From a virus: 64,000 nucleotides of DNA. Numbering within the stretch: the first letter of the stretch is position 1; every line of letters begins with the position of its first letter. Shown piece after piece: positions 20,801 through 29,821 of the stretch. The DNA lies in IMG/VR virus record IMGVR_UViG_3300002143_000079, positions 1 through 64,000 of that record; one strand, 5' to 3'. A program made the position numbers and the translations under genes. The notes under the pieces were generated by a model. That model saw only the letters and a list, made by a program, of their open reading frames with translations, had not been told where the DNA came from and did no database searches.

Positions 20801-21095
20801 TCAAAGTTGCGTCGTGATTTCCCGCAATCAATATAGTCGGACGCAAATCAGCAAGTCTTCGTAAGAAATCAGAAGCTATACCCACACATTCGGGACTGAG
20901 ATTTGATTTAGAGTGAAATAAATCACCCAATATTGCGACACATGTATTTTCCGGGGTCTTCGCAACGACCTCATATAACCTTTCAAACACGTCGAGATAT
21001 TCATCGTGTCTTTTTGTTAATCGGATGTGAATATCCGCAATGTGAAATATTCCAATAAACTCCGTCACATCACAGTTCAATTTTTGCACGTTCAT
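17895..21095 (-). CDS. Fused Mre11/SbcD nuclease - Rad50/SbcC ATPase (gp47+gp46-like)
   Basis: DIH, GDLF, GNHD, GDIH phosphoesterase motifs; then NASGKSS, coiled coil, CKYC hook, ASGLEK, IDEGFG, ISH. Confidence 0.9.
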   Translation of the reverse strand: MNVQKLNCDVTEFIGIFHIADIHIRLTKRHDEYLDVFERLYEVVAKTPENTCVAILGDLFHSKSNLSPECVGIASDFLRRLADLRPTILIAGNHDATLTNKSRMDSLSPIVNAINHKNLFYLKDTGIYILGDIVFNHMSVFDPVESYIRATDIPKIYTNQARHVIALYHGAVHDAVSDVGYRINNQSVTANLFDGHDIVLLGDIHKYQTLEIPDSDTKIVYVGSLIQQNHGESLDSHGYVLWNLKQRIHKQFDIGNERGFYTIDIDKGHLKTDLSNLPKKVKLRVRCNDSDYLEIKAVIDEIRKRCEVEHLVYLKSASGTTPNSAAVSVEELSLADLNSVEHQNKLIKEYLMAHTSDKEVTDDMYETIFQINTQQNQLIDKDKLVRNIRWKPKKFEFSNMFSYGEDNVIDFTKMKDVIGLFASNASGKSSLMSALSFCIFDKCDRAFKATHILNSQKATFHCKFNFEIDNTDYFIERNGKSDKKGNVKVDVKFWKEENGSIIELNGEARRSTNDLIRDFVGSYEDFILTVLSIQNNKSGNFVDMGQSERKDLLSQFMGLNIFDILHSSASETLKELNNDVKLYHRYDNGVSIDDLSESIDGFKLDLVTLNEESDRLVGEKEKLNSSLFEETTKLIKIENNIPKNITSLESTRISVSTTIAKSESQIVTLQESLKLESIELENTKEELKSIDTDDVSQKFNQLKTLREQLQSIKHIIETKKIFITAKLDKINRLHNHQYDPNCKYCVNNSFVKDALDAESSLDNDKVEANDLVINYEDKKKHIESLVYVEELQRKCDLLKVKLNNCDRRIISINREITSLESTVQSNSVHLTKLDNDIKLYYDNESNIKYNLEVELKVGKIQQEIRNTDILIKQNNTKIINLSANLSGYEKNMQEKIVNRDKMKKTESDLKLYDLYVKSVSRDGIPFDLISKAVPVIESDVNEILSQIVDFSVNIETDGKNVVTNLVYSDKKWPLEMASGLEKFLTSLVIRVALINLSNLPRPNFIAIDEGFGCADSDNLSSMQSLFAILKSNFDFMLIISHLDMMKDMVDGQIEIKKEDGHSKIVY

Positions 21096-22045
21096 AAATT
21101 CATTTTTAACTTACACATTTCATCGAAGTCGATAAATTTTGTATTGTTGATAATCTCCCAAGTTTTTTCAAATCCAAGTTTTGACGGGTCTTTCTCCGTC
21201 ATGACAACACACTTTGTTTTAATGTTGTTTTTCATTAAGAATGTCACAATATTGAGACATTCTGACAACGCATCGTTATCTAATACCACGTTTACCGACG
21301 TTACTCCATTTAATATCAACGATTCTCGTAGTTTTCTGGACAATGTTTTCCCAAATAACGGAACACAATTATATCTAATCGCCATTGCATCAAAAGAACC
21401 TTCAACCAATGTTATTTCCTGTGTGAAGTCCACCAAAGATTCAAACCCAATCACGTTTTTACTTCCCTCATAGTTCTTATACTTTAGAGAACATTGGTCA
21501 TAATAACTACGACCCACGAAAAAATTCAAATTGTTATCACCATCGTATGAAGGAACGATGATTCGTTGACGATAATCACCATCTTCACAATATCCAATTT
21601 GGTAACGATGAATATCGTAATCAGATACGTTCCTTGCTTTCAAATATTTCAACGCATTTCTATATTCTGGAGAGTTGTGATATTCGGATAGTGGTCTATA
21701 ATCTTTTGGAAGATTGACAATCTCAGCCACATTTTCTTTTGGTGAGAATAGATTTCGTAAATTGACGACATCAATATCCACGTCGATATTATGCGTCGAT
21801 TTTATATCAACTAGTCGGTATAATTCACGGGAAACGTTGAGTTTTTTGAAAAGAGATCGAAGAGTTAACCCGGAAAAATCACATGACCAACAATTATACT
21901 TACCTGTAATTAAGTTGACTTCCAACTTTCGTTTGTAATGTTTACATTTAGGGCAGAAATAAACCGCATCAGTGCCTTTTCTAATTTTAGCCTTCTGATT
22001 TAACGCTTTGTTTAAAACTGATACAATCTCTTCCTGATGTAACAT
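21092..22045 (-). CDS. DNA primase (Zn finger + TOPRIM)
   Basis: CPKC.H...CWSC; RIIVP, VEGSFDA, LDNDA. Confidence 0.9.
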   Translation of the reverse strand: MLHQEEIVSVLNKALNQKAKIRKGTDAVYFCPKCKHYKRKLEVNLITGKYNCWSCDFSGLTLRSLFKKLNVSRELYRLVDIKSTHNIDVDIDVVNLRNLFSPKENVAEIVNLPKDYRPLSEYHNSPEYRNALKYLKARNVSDYDIHRYQIGYCEDGDYRQRIIVPSYDGDNNLNFFVGRSYYDQCSLKYKNYEGSKNVIGFESLVDFTQEITLVEGSFDAMAIRYNCVPLFGKTLSRKLRESLILNGVTSVNVVLDNDALSECLNIVTFLMKNNIKTKCVVMTEKDPSKLGFEKTWEIINNTKFIDFDEMCKLKMNL

Positions 22046-22081
22046 GTCCGTAAACTACTCTAAATTATAGAAAAGGTCAAT

Positions 22082-22579
22082 TTAATATAACGAAAGTATC
22101 ATTGCATCATACATATCGGAATTACGTTCGTCCCAATTTCCTTTTTTATTGAGAACGTCAAATTGGTGGATTGGGTGAATCTTCTCCAAATACATCTTGA
22201 CGAATTCTTTGGATTTTATACCTTTTTCACGACACTTTCCGAGAACTTTTTTACGAGTAGTATTAACATTGAGAAGAACGACTGGATGATTCCATTCTTC
22301 AGCCACGATATACTCAAATACCGCGTTGAATCGTGCCAATTTAATTATCACCTGTTGTGAGGTGAATCCCCCAGCAAAACCACTGAGTGCGGATTCGAGA
22401 TGAATTGTTTTAACTTGGGGAAGAAGTTTATGAGACTTCAATGTAGTCAGAACGTGGAAGGTTTTTTCTTTGGAAGTTTCCAACTTTTTTATATCTATGA
22501 ATCCCGCGTCGAGTATAACGTTGTTTTCACAGAAAGACCACCCCACGGTTGTAGTAGACGCATCAAATCCTAATATCAT
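22082..22579 (-). CDS. RuvC-like Holliday junction resolvase
   Basis: ILGFDASTTTVG, IHLE, D..DA catalytic pattern. Confidence 0.8.
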   Translation of the reverse strand: MILGFDASTTTVGWSFCENNVILDAGFIDIKKLETSKEKTFHVLTTLKSHKLLPQVKTIHLESALSGFAGGFTSQQVIIKLARFNAVFEYIVAEEWNHPVVLLNVNTTRKKVLGKCREKGIKSKEFVKMYLEKIHPIHQFDVLNKKGNWDERNSDMYDAMILSLY

Positions 22580-22611
22580 ATCACATATATAGTATGTGTC
22601 ACGATATAAAA

Positions 22612-22839
22612 TTAACCTTTGTATTTCTGAGTCGAATGACCCTTGAGATAGGAAGAATCTTTCTTAGGAAGTTTGGAATTTTTTCCACCACGGGTAAAGC
22701 CATCTGCGAAATCATTGGCAATACCATCGGTAAATTTAACTCCCGCTGATTTCGCATCAAACGCCCCACCAACTTTGGATTTATTATATCTGTCTTCCAA
22801 ACTCGTCTTCAAAGATTCTCTGTTAATTTGATTTGCCAT
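22612..22839 (-). CDS. Small hypothetical late protein
   Basis: ORF with TATTTAT motif upstream. Confidence 0.55.
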   Translation of the reverse strand: MANQINRESLKTSLEDRYNKSKVGGAFDAKSAGVKFTDGIANDFADGFTRGGKNSKLPKKDSSYLKGHSTQKYKG

Positions 22840-22855
22840 ATATAATAAATATCAG

Positions 22856-25297
22856 TTAAATGTCGAATCGTATAATAAAATTCAAAGGAAAATTACCTTC
22901 ATTTTTTATAGGTGTTCCTAACTTAGCCACAGCTATCAAATCTAATCCATTATATAGACCTATGGTTGTAATGTATGGTGATAGATATGAACCAGTTGGG
23001 TTTATCGAACTAGATACCCACCTATCTTGAAATGCGTCTTTAATAGTTGGTGTTATTCCACGATTAGTCAAGGAATCCAAATAATCTTTCGCATCAACAT
23101 ATTGACTTCTAATACCTACACTTTTTGAGGTGATGAAGTTTTGATAGTTGTTAGGAGTCAATTTATCAATGAAATATTTCCATATGATTCTAATGTCGTC
23201 ATCATCGGTGATACCATCAGCATTTACATCCAATACGTCATCTAAATTGTTAATTATGTAGTTATAATCAACCGTTGTCAAGGTGGTAGAATTGAGGGCA
23301 ATTTGTGATTTATCCTCAAATGAACCACTTAGATAATAGTAAAACAAACTTCCTTCAACAGTTTCTTCAAATCCAGATGGATAATCGAACGGAAACAGGT
23401 TCCACCAAGTTTCCACACCTGTTATTTTTTTGTAAATGGCTCTTAAAATTTTATCACAGTCTTCAAAATCAAATTTACCACTTTTATTTAAGTCCAATGA
23501 TGCTGTTGGATAGGTATAAGATGTCGGATTTGTAGAATAGTTAAATTCCCCCGGTTCAACCGTACATATGATTTCCTTTTCATATAAAGACGTCTTGCTA
23601 TTATAAGATATGTCGTAAATTGGCTCATCATTCACATCACTCTCAAACATATAGTCGAAAATTGAACCGGATGTGGATATGACCATTTTTCCAGTTTTAT
23701 AAAAGACATTACCAACGTGATGATGTGCCTCAAAATCAGACAAGTTAAATATGTTAAAATCTCCATTAAGATTCAACGCCAAATCATCCCTATCCTGTAT
23801 GATTTCAATCAATCTATTAGAATCCGTCAATGCAATTGGTGAACCAACAATGACATTTTCATCGAAAATACAAACATCGTGTGCAAAGAAATTGTAAGGA
23901 TAACCGTATTTCTTTTTTGGTTTGAACTTCGCATAGACATTATCCCAACTATCATCGGTATTTTGGTATATGTAGAACATACCCAAGTAATCATTTTCCT
24001 CCAAATCATCACAATCTTCTGCTTTGAAAAGGGTATTCTGGATATAGGAAGAACTGAACTCGGATAAAAACTTCGGAGATGAAATTAGAAGATTGCTGTC
24101 ATACAAATCAACCGCGTGTCCAAATCTGTTAAATTTAAACGAGTCACTATCTCCAAATAATTTCGTTTCACGCCAGTATGAACTACTTGATGTGTTTAGT
24201 TCACACTCAATTAAATCGAATACATAAACACATCCATTACGGTAACAGTTAGAACCACTAAATTCTTGATAACTTCTGTCGTATGGAGCACCTATCGCAA
24301 CCGTGACGGAACTTGAGGATGAACAATATAGTGAAACCGCGTTACCAAAACCATCTGGTAATGTAATGATAGGTGAATATTGTGGTACTGGTATAAAGTT
24401 AAGATTTTCTACTTCTCGATTAGATTCAAACGTCGTTACTACTGACCACGCATCCGATGACGAAATATACTCATACAAATACACTTTAGAATCGGAATTC
24501 ATAATACTTCCGTTACCCACAACCAACTTATTGTAATTTTTGTCTAATTTAAGGCATCCACCAAAAAAACTTTCAGCACTAGATGTCAATACGCTGTGAT
24601 AAGTATATCCACTTGACCCACTCTTGAATACGAATACTGACCCACTGACGTTCGTAAATGGACTGCCTACCGCTATAAACTCCTGATTCATAGAAACGGA
24701 CCAACCAAATGAATTAGACCCTGTATCGGTCAATCCCGTGTCCGAAGCATAGAGAGAAACGAGTAATGAGGATGTCGAATTTGACATATCGTGTAATTCG
24801 ACTACACCATCATCGTCTCGAACGACATTATCAATGTGTAGTAAGGTGTAAACCATTTTGGTTGAACCTACGACGCATAAATTATCATAAACATCTAAAG
24901 ACCGACCGAAATCTGATTGAAGTATTTTTATGTTATCAAAATCCGCAATCAATATAGATGAACTATCATACACCGAGGTATCAATACTAGAACTAGTTCC
25001 CAACTCGGTAATGACCTCGTTACTACCTGAAATTAATGAATCTGATGAGGTTGTGTAATTTTCTGTAAAAAGGGTAAAATCTCCGTTTAAAGAAGTTCGT
25101 CTTACAGTAAAATTATACGCAAATCTATCCGTCGTCAAAGCATCGTATTTATAAAAATCCACACTACCTTCTTCCAATATCGCATTTGAGGAAGAAGAGA
25201 AGTTTTCAAACGATGGATTTCCAATAGCGCTGTAAATTTCATTTATCGCAACCGCATATCCAAAATCTTTCTTATCTATGTATATGTTTTTATGCAT
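22856..25297 (-). CDS. Baseplate/tail protein with FG-GAP-like repeats and two Ca2+-binding-type loops
   Basis: Repeated FG.[SA][VL]...[IV][AV][VI]G.P; DLNKSGKFDFED and DVNADGITDDDD; C-terminal YITTIGLYN..LIAVAKL. Confidence 0.7.
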   Translation of the reverse strand: MHKNIYIDKKDFGYAVAINEIYSAIGNPSFENFSSSSNAILEEGSVDFYKYDALTTDRFAYNFTVRRTSLNGDFTLFTENYTTSSDSLISGSNEVITELGTSSSIDTSVYDSSSILIADFDNIKILQSDFGRSLDVYDNLCVVGSTKMVYTLLHIDNVVRDDDGVVELHDMSNSTSSLLVSLYASDTGLTDTGSNSFGWSVSMNQEFIAVGSPFTNVSGSVFVFKSGSSGYTYHSVLTSSAESFFGGCLKLDKNYNKLVVGNGSIMNSDSKVYLYEYISSSDAWSVVTTFESNREVENLNFIPVPQYSPIITLPDGFGNAVSLYCSSSSSVTVAIGAPYDRSYQEFSGSNCYRNGCVYVFDLIECELNTSSSSYWRETKLFGDSDSFKFNRFGHAVDLYDSNLLISSPKFLSEFSSSYIQNTLFKAEDCDDLEENDYLGMFYIYQNTDDSWDNVYAKFKPKKKYGYPYNFFAHDVCIFDENVIVGSPIALTDSNRLIEIIQDRDDLALNLNGDFNIFNLSDFEAHHHVGNVFYKTGKMVISTSGSIFDYMFESDVNDEPIYDISYNSKTSLYEKEIICTVEPGEFNYSTNPTSYTYPTASLDLNKSGKFDFEDCDKILRAIYKKITGVETWWNLFPFDYPSGFEETVEGSLFYYYLSGSFEDKSQIALNSTTLTTVDYNYIINNLDDVLDVNADGITDDDDIRIIWKYFIDKLTPNNYQNFITSKSVGIRSQYVDAKDYLDSLTNRGITPTIKDAFQDRWVSSSINPTGSYLSPYITTIGLYNGLDLIAVAKLGTPIKNEGNFPLNFIIRFDI

Positions 25298-25298
25298 T

Positions 25299-27998
25299 TT
25301 ATGTGTAAGGGTCGTAAGAACCTTGATTTTCTAAATAGTGTTCAATAAACGATTCATCTTTTAACATCGAATTTAAATTAGACGAAGTGGTATAGGATGA
25401 ACCTGATAGATACAATCGGTTATAAGTAGTATCGGCGATATTCAATTCATCCAAAAGTTCATTCACAATGATTTTACCAAAATCAATCGACCAATTATCA
25501 TAAATTCCACTTCCTTGAACAGAATCCACAAAAACAACCAATTCAGTTGTTGAGTGGTCATAACTTACAAACCGACCAGTCATTGTGTTATTATAATCCC
25601 TCGAACCGGTTTGACCCATTGATATACTCGATGTTAACCGAGTAATATATGTTGGTACATTACGATATCCACCATAATGAGGATCGGATAAGTCAATGGA
25701 TCCAGTGTCAAGATAAAAAGTTTTCAATCCCACACTCATTGTCATTTCATTATCTTCACCACTGGAAATGTATGAATATAATTCTTTGTTGTTTACCTTC
25801 GTTGTTAAAAATCCCAAACCAGAAAACATTGGAGTTCCATGTGGGTCATGTAATTTGGAAATTTTAACCTTGTAATCCGTTAAATTATACTCTTTCGTAC
25901 CGTTAAGATTGATGTCAAAATTCAATGTTGTTGTTGATTTCAATGCACCCTTCAAAATTGTTGGAGATGTATAATCATTTGTATATACCAACTGTTGATA
26001 ATTTACATTTGGATCCAATATTGTGTAATTTCTACCCAAATGTATATCCGTCAAAGAATATTCGGTTGTGAATGGATGTTGACCCCATGCAAATGTAAAC
26101 CTATATGGTTTATCAACCGCATCCGTAATTCGTCGTTGTGATGCAACACTACGATTTCCTTTAGCTAGAACGGCACTTACATCCGCTAATCCAACAGTTG
26201 CGATTCCCCCAGCCACTACTGCCCAATCCGTCAATGATTCCCCGAATGGTATGAACGATTGTGAAAAATTATTCTTTCCCCATGCAATAATTCTACCGTC
26301 AGTTTTTAACGCAATGGTGTGGTCATCACCACATACTACATCTTGAATACCCGTTTCTGCACTAGTTGGTATTAATGATTGACTGTAATCAGAGTTTGAT
26401 GACCATGAGTATAAATCACCATTATTATCTAATATGATACCATGTTGACTACCAATTTCTACTTTATCTATATTTCCCACTTGTGGAATATTGGTAAATA
26501 AATTACATGAACTGTGGCCAAATCCATAAATTCGTCCGTTGGTATGTATCGCTACACTACCACTAGGTCCGGCTTTGATGTATCTATAATTGTTCGTTAC
26601 AGTTGGTAGTGAACCGGTGTAAGTTGATGTTCCCCACACATAAATTTTGCCATTATCGTCAATTGCAATTGCGTGTTGGTCACCAACTGATATGTCCCTC
26701 ACTTTGGTATCAAACGTAGGAATAGTCGTTGTTATTGTTGAGTCACCCCACGTAACCACATCACCCGAAGATTTCAATGCAACTACGAAATTCGTACCAC
26801 ATTCAATTTTTCGGAAATATCCCAACAAATCTTCATGTGGTAATGAAACTACATCCAAATTTGTACCGGCTTCACCCACATAAATAAGATTAGAGTTGTA
26901 ACTGATTGGAGTTACCACATCATTAATTGTATATCCATGAACGACGAAATCTTCAATGACATCACGATTGACATACAGAATGTTATTCTTGTAATACTGC
27001 CAATTAATAGATGAACTTACTCCAATATCGTTTACGGAGAAGTTGAAATTGGAAAAATTAACATACGATGCGGAATTGAAGTAGTTAATATCCTTATTTG
27101 CATCGGATACTATTACACTGAAAATGTTTTCTCGTGCGTGAAGATTTCCACGACCATCATCAACAATGGTATAAACTTGGTCACCCGAATCTTCGATTAT
27201 TTCCACACTATTTTCAACAATTTTATCACCAAAATATGCTTGAGGAATGGTTACAACTTTTATATTATCATATACAACTCGATTTTTTGCATCCAAAAAC
27301 ACATCAAAATTTTCCAACCCCAATAATTTCGTTGGGTCATTTGAATTGTTGTAGAACAAGTTCTTGATTTGATTGTAAGTAATACGTTTGTAGGTATTAT
27401 TCAAATTTTGAGGCTCTATATCAGGATTAAATTTGACATAACTATCAACTTGAATACCATCTTCAAAAGTCAAAAAATTATCCTCGGATTGTTCGAGACA
27501 TAAATCACATGATGAGTTTGTAAATGGAACATCCATAGTCAAATCAAATCTATACGTTGGACCATTATAAGGATCACGACTCGTACTTAATTCGTTGTAA
27601 CTTTCCAACAAGAAAAATTCGGAGGCGGCTTCGATACTGATGTAGGAAGATGTATCTTCTACCAAAATTTCATAATTACTTATGTTTCGTAACGAAGATG
27701 TACATCCAAATTGCCAACCATCCCCATAATCTATAAATTCTAAAGCTAGTGGAGTAGATAAGAAGCCCGCTACTCCGGTGGTGAATGATTCCGCGATAAA
27801 CGATGAACTTGTGGAACTTGATTCTTCCGATGTGAATGTATCCCCACTTTCCGAAGAAAAAGATGATGAATATATCACATATTCAAAATCTACATCACCT
27901 AGAAGTAAACTGGTGTTTTCCTTGCTTGTGGCTCTCCATCTTTTTGAAACGACAAATGGAACGGCACTAACATCATCTTTCTTGAGACTCTTAATCAT
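25299..27998 (-). CDS. Tail/baseplate protein with RCC1-like repeats
   Basis: Repeats such as CGDDHTIALKTDGRIIAWG and VGDQHAIAIDDNGKIYVWG. Confidence 0.75.
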   Translation of the reverse strand: MIKSLKKDDVSAVPFVVSKRWRATSKENTSLLLGDVDFEYVIYSSSFSSESGDTFTSEESSSTSSSFIAESFTTGVAGFLSTPLALEFIDYGDGWQFGCTSSLRNISNYEILVEDTSSYISIEAASEFFLLESYNELSTSRDPYNGPTYRFDLTMDVPFTNSSCDLCLEQSEDNFLTFEDGIQVDSYVKFNPDIEPQNLNNTYKRITYNQIKNLFYNNSNDPTKLLGLENFDVFLDAKNRVVYDNIKVVTIPQAYFGDKIVENSVEIIEDSGDQVYTIVDDGRGNLHARENIFSVIVSDANKDINYFNSASYVNFSNFNFSVNDIGVSSSINWQYYKNNILYVNRDVIEDFVVHGYTINDVVTPISYNSNLIYVGEAGTNLDVVSLPHEDLLGYFRKIECGTNFVVALKSSGDVVTWGDSTITTTIPTFDTKVRDISVGDQHAIAIDDNGKIYVWGTSTYTGSLPTVTNNYRYIKAGPSGSVAIHTNGRIYGFGHSSCNLFTNIPQVGNIDKVEIGSQHGIILDNNGDLYSWSSNSDYSQSLIPTSAETGIQDVVCGDDHTIALKTDGRIIAWGKNNFSQSFIPFGESLTDWAVVAGGIATVGLADVSAVLAKGNRSVASQRRITDAVDKPYRFTFAWGQHPFTTEYSLTDIHLGRNYTILDPNVNYQQLVYTNDYTSPTILKGALKSTTTLNFDINLNGTKEYNLTDYKVKISKLHDPHGTPMFSGLGFLTTKVNNKELYSYISSGEDNEMTMSVGLKTFYLDTGSIDLSDPHYGGYRNVPTYITRLTSSISMGQTGSRDYNNTMTGRFVSYDHSTTELVVFVDSVQGSGIYDNWSIDFGKIIVNELLDELNIADTTYNRLYLSGSSYTTSSNLNSMLKDESFIEHYLENQGSYDPYT

Positions 27999-28043
27999 TA
28001 ATCATAAATATGAGTCACATTATGATTTTCATTCAATAATCAA

Positions 28044-29132
28044 TTAAAAGTCAAGTCGGACACGAATTAGAAGTTCGTTTGTGAAGTCTTTTTTGGTTGG
28101 ACGACTCATCTTCGCAATAGCAACCAACTCATTTAGTTCGTTATATAGACCAACTGTGGTAATATAGGTTTTTGGTTCGGCCTGTAATTGCGTGATAATT
28201 TCACCCTTTGTATAATTTTCATCCGTGGTTTGATAAACAAACGATGGATTGTTGGAGAAATTGAAATCTTGATTCTTAACTCGTATGAAATAGTGAGCAG
28301 ACGGAACAATTTCCGATTTTCTTACTCGCATCATACCATTTGCACTTGGGGTCAATTTACCAAATAAAGACTGGTGATTGACGATAGACGATGTAGCGGA
28401 GTTGTTATATACGTGACCCGCGTAATGTCTTAATTTATCCGCATTTAAGATTAAAATACCATTCTTAGGATAAAATAGACCCAATCCTTGATATTCCGAT
28501 GCGGCAGCCGTTGAACGACCCAAAGACTCATCAAAACTACCCGAAACAACCTGATAAACTAGTCGTTGTTCTTTTTGTTCCGCCGCTGTCAATATTGGTA
28601 ACTCGTCAATCAATTGAAGACTTGCACTAGTATTTGATCCGGTAATTTTAAATGTCCATTGACCTCTATCAACTTGGTCTTTCATTAAATCGGATGAGAA
28701 AGCAATTACGAAAATTTCTGAACTGGTTATGTAAGTTGCGGCTGCGGAACTACCCGTTTTGAAACTAAACTTCCCATCAACATCCGCAATACCCAACAAT
28801 AAATTTTTATATTGGGTGTAAACAGCTGCGGAACTGGAAAATACCGATGAACCGGAAGTTGCTCCACCGTTGTTTGAATCACCATAACTTATTGAAAATA
28901 ACAATTGTCGGTTACTTACATTATCATCGTAGACGTTGGTATAGTACATTCCATTCAATACGTCATATATACCATTGGCACCGGTTAATTGCGTTTGTGC
29001 GCTGGATGTATAAAATGCTGATTGAGATATTTTGACATCGCCGCCGGGAAAGTAACCACTGGAAACTGTGGTTGTTTTACCCGAAATGACATCGGTGACT
29101 TCAAATGGTTGATATATCTTAAAATTTGACAT
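28044..29132 (-). CDS. Baseplate/tail structural protein
   Basis: FNFSNNPSF...YITTVGLYNE.NELVAIAKMSRP..K...RVRLDF, paralogous to the C-terminus of 22856..25297. Confidence 0.7.
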   Translation of the reverse strand: MSNFKIYQPFEVTDVISGKTTTVSSGYFPGGDVKISQSAFYTSSAQTQLTGANGIYDVLNGMYYTNVYDDNVSNRQLLFSISYGDSNNGGATSGSSVFSSSAAVYTQYKNLLLGIADVDGKFSFKTGSSAAATYITSSEIFVIAFSSDLMKDQVDRGQWTFKITGSNTSASLQLIDELPILTAAEQKEQRLVYQVVSGSFDESLGRSTAAASEYQGLGLFYPKNGILILNADKLRHYAGHVYNNSATSSIVNHQSLFGKLTPSANGMMRVRKSEIVPSAHYFIRVKNQDFNFSNNPSFVYQTTDENYTKGEIITQLQAEPKTYITTVGLYNELNELVAIAKMSRPTKKDFTNELLIRVRLDF

Positions 29133-29140
29133 AAAGTAGA

Positions 29141-29773
29141 TTATTCGACGGTTACGGTCACTGGAATACTTACACCACCACCGCTTTCATTACCAACGAT
29201 GGTCAATGTGGTAGTCGTTGTACGAGTAAGTTTCGAGGATGGGATAAATGCGAATTCCAATCCAACAACTGCTTGAGAACTTTCTGCCGATGTATCACCC
29301 GCAAATGATGTGACGGTTCCAACTGTCGTGCTCGTTGGTGCTTGAACTTTAACTATCAACGAACCAACTTTTGTATTACCTAAAATTGCGGTATATCCAC
29401 CATTGACGTTGTAATTATTTGGTGTAGTAGATGGAGAAATGACAATTTGAGCGGTATATGTAGATGCGATACTGATAGAACTTTGTGCGATAGATACTGT
29501 AGGAATGAATGTCGTTCCTTCTTCCAAGGTCACCAATTTGAACTTCATTACTTGCGTTTCGTCGGTATTTGGTTCAAAAACCGGAGTATTAATCAACGCA
29601 ATTTCCTTCAACTCTTCTGAATCGGCGTTTTCGTTGAAGAGGCTGTAATCAATTTCGTCGTCAGCTAATGCAAACGATGAAATTTTTAAACTTCCGTTAG
29701 TCGCAAGAAGTTCTCTTCCTTTTTTTGTTAAAACTGCGTCAACAACGATGGATTTGTTATCTAAGTATGCCAT
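29141..29773 (-). CDS. Structural protein
   Basis: MAYLDN...DAVLTKKGRELLA...FALADDEIDY; tail module. Confidence 0.65.
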   Translation of the reverse strand: MAYLDNKSIVVDAVLTKKGRELLATNGSLKISSFALADDEIDYSLFNENADSEELKEIALINTPVFEPNTDETQVMKFKLVTLEEGTTFIPTVSIAQSSISIASTYTAQIVISPSTTPNNYNVNGGYTAILGNTKVGSLIVKVQAPTSTTVGTVTSFAGDTSAESSQAVVGLEFAFIPSSKLTRTTTTTLTIVGNESGGGVSIPVTVTVE

Positions 29774-29821
29774 ATAATCAATTAATAAATAGTTTCAAAT
29801 TTGGGTTTTTTGTTTTTATTT

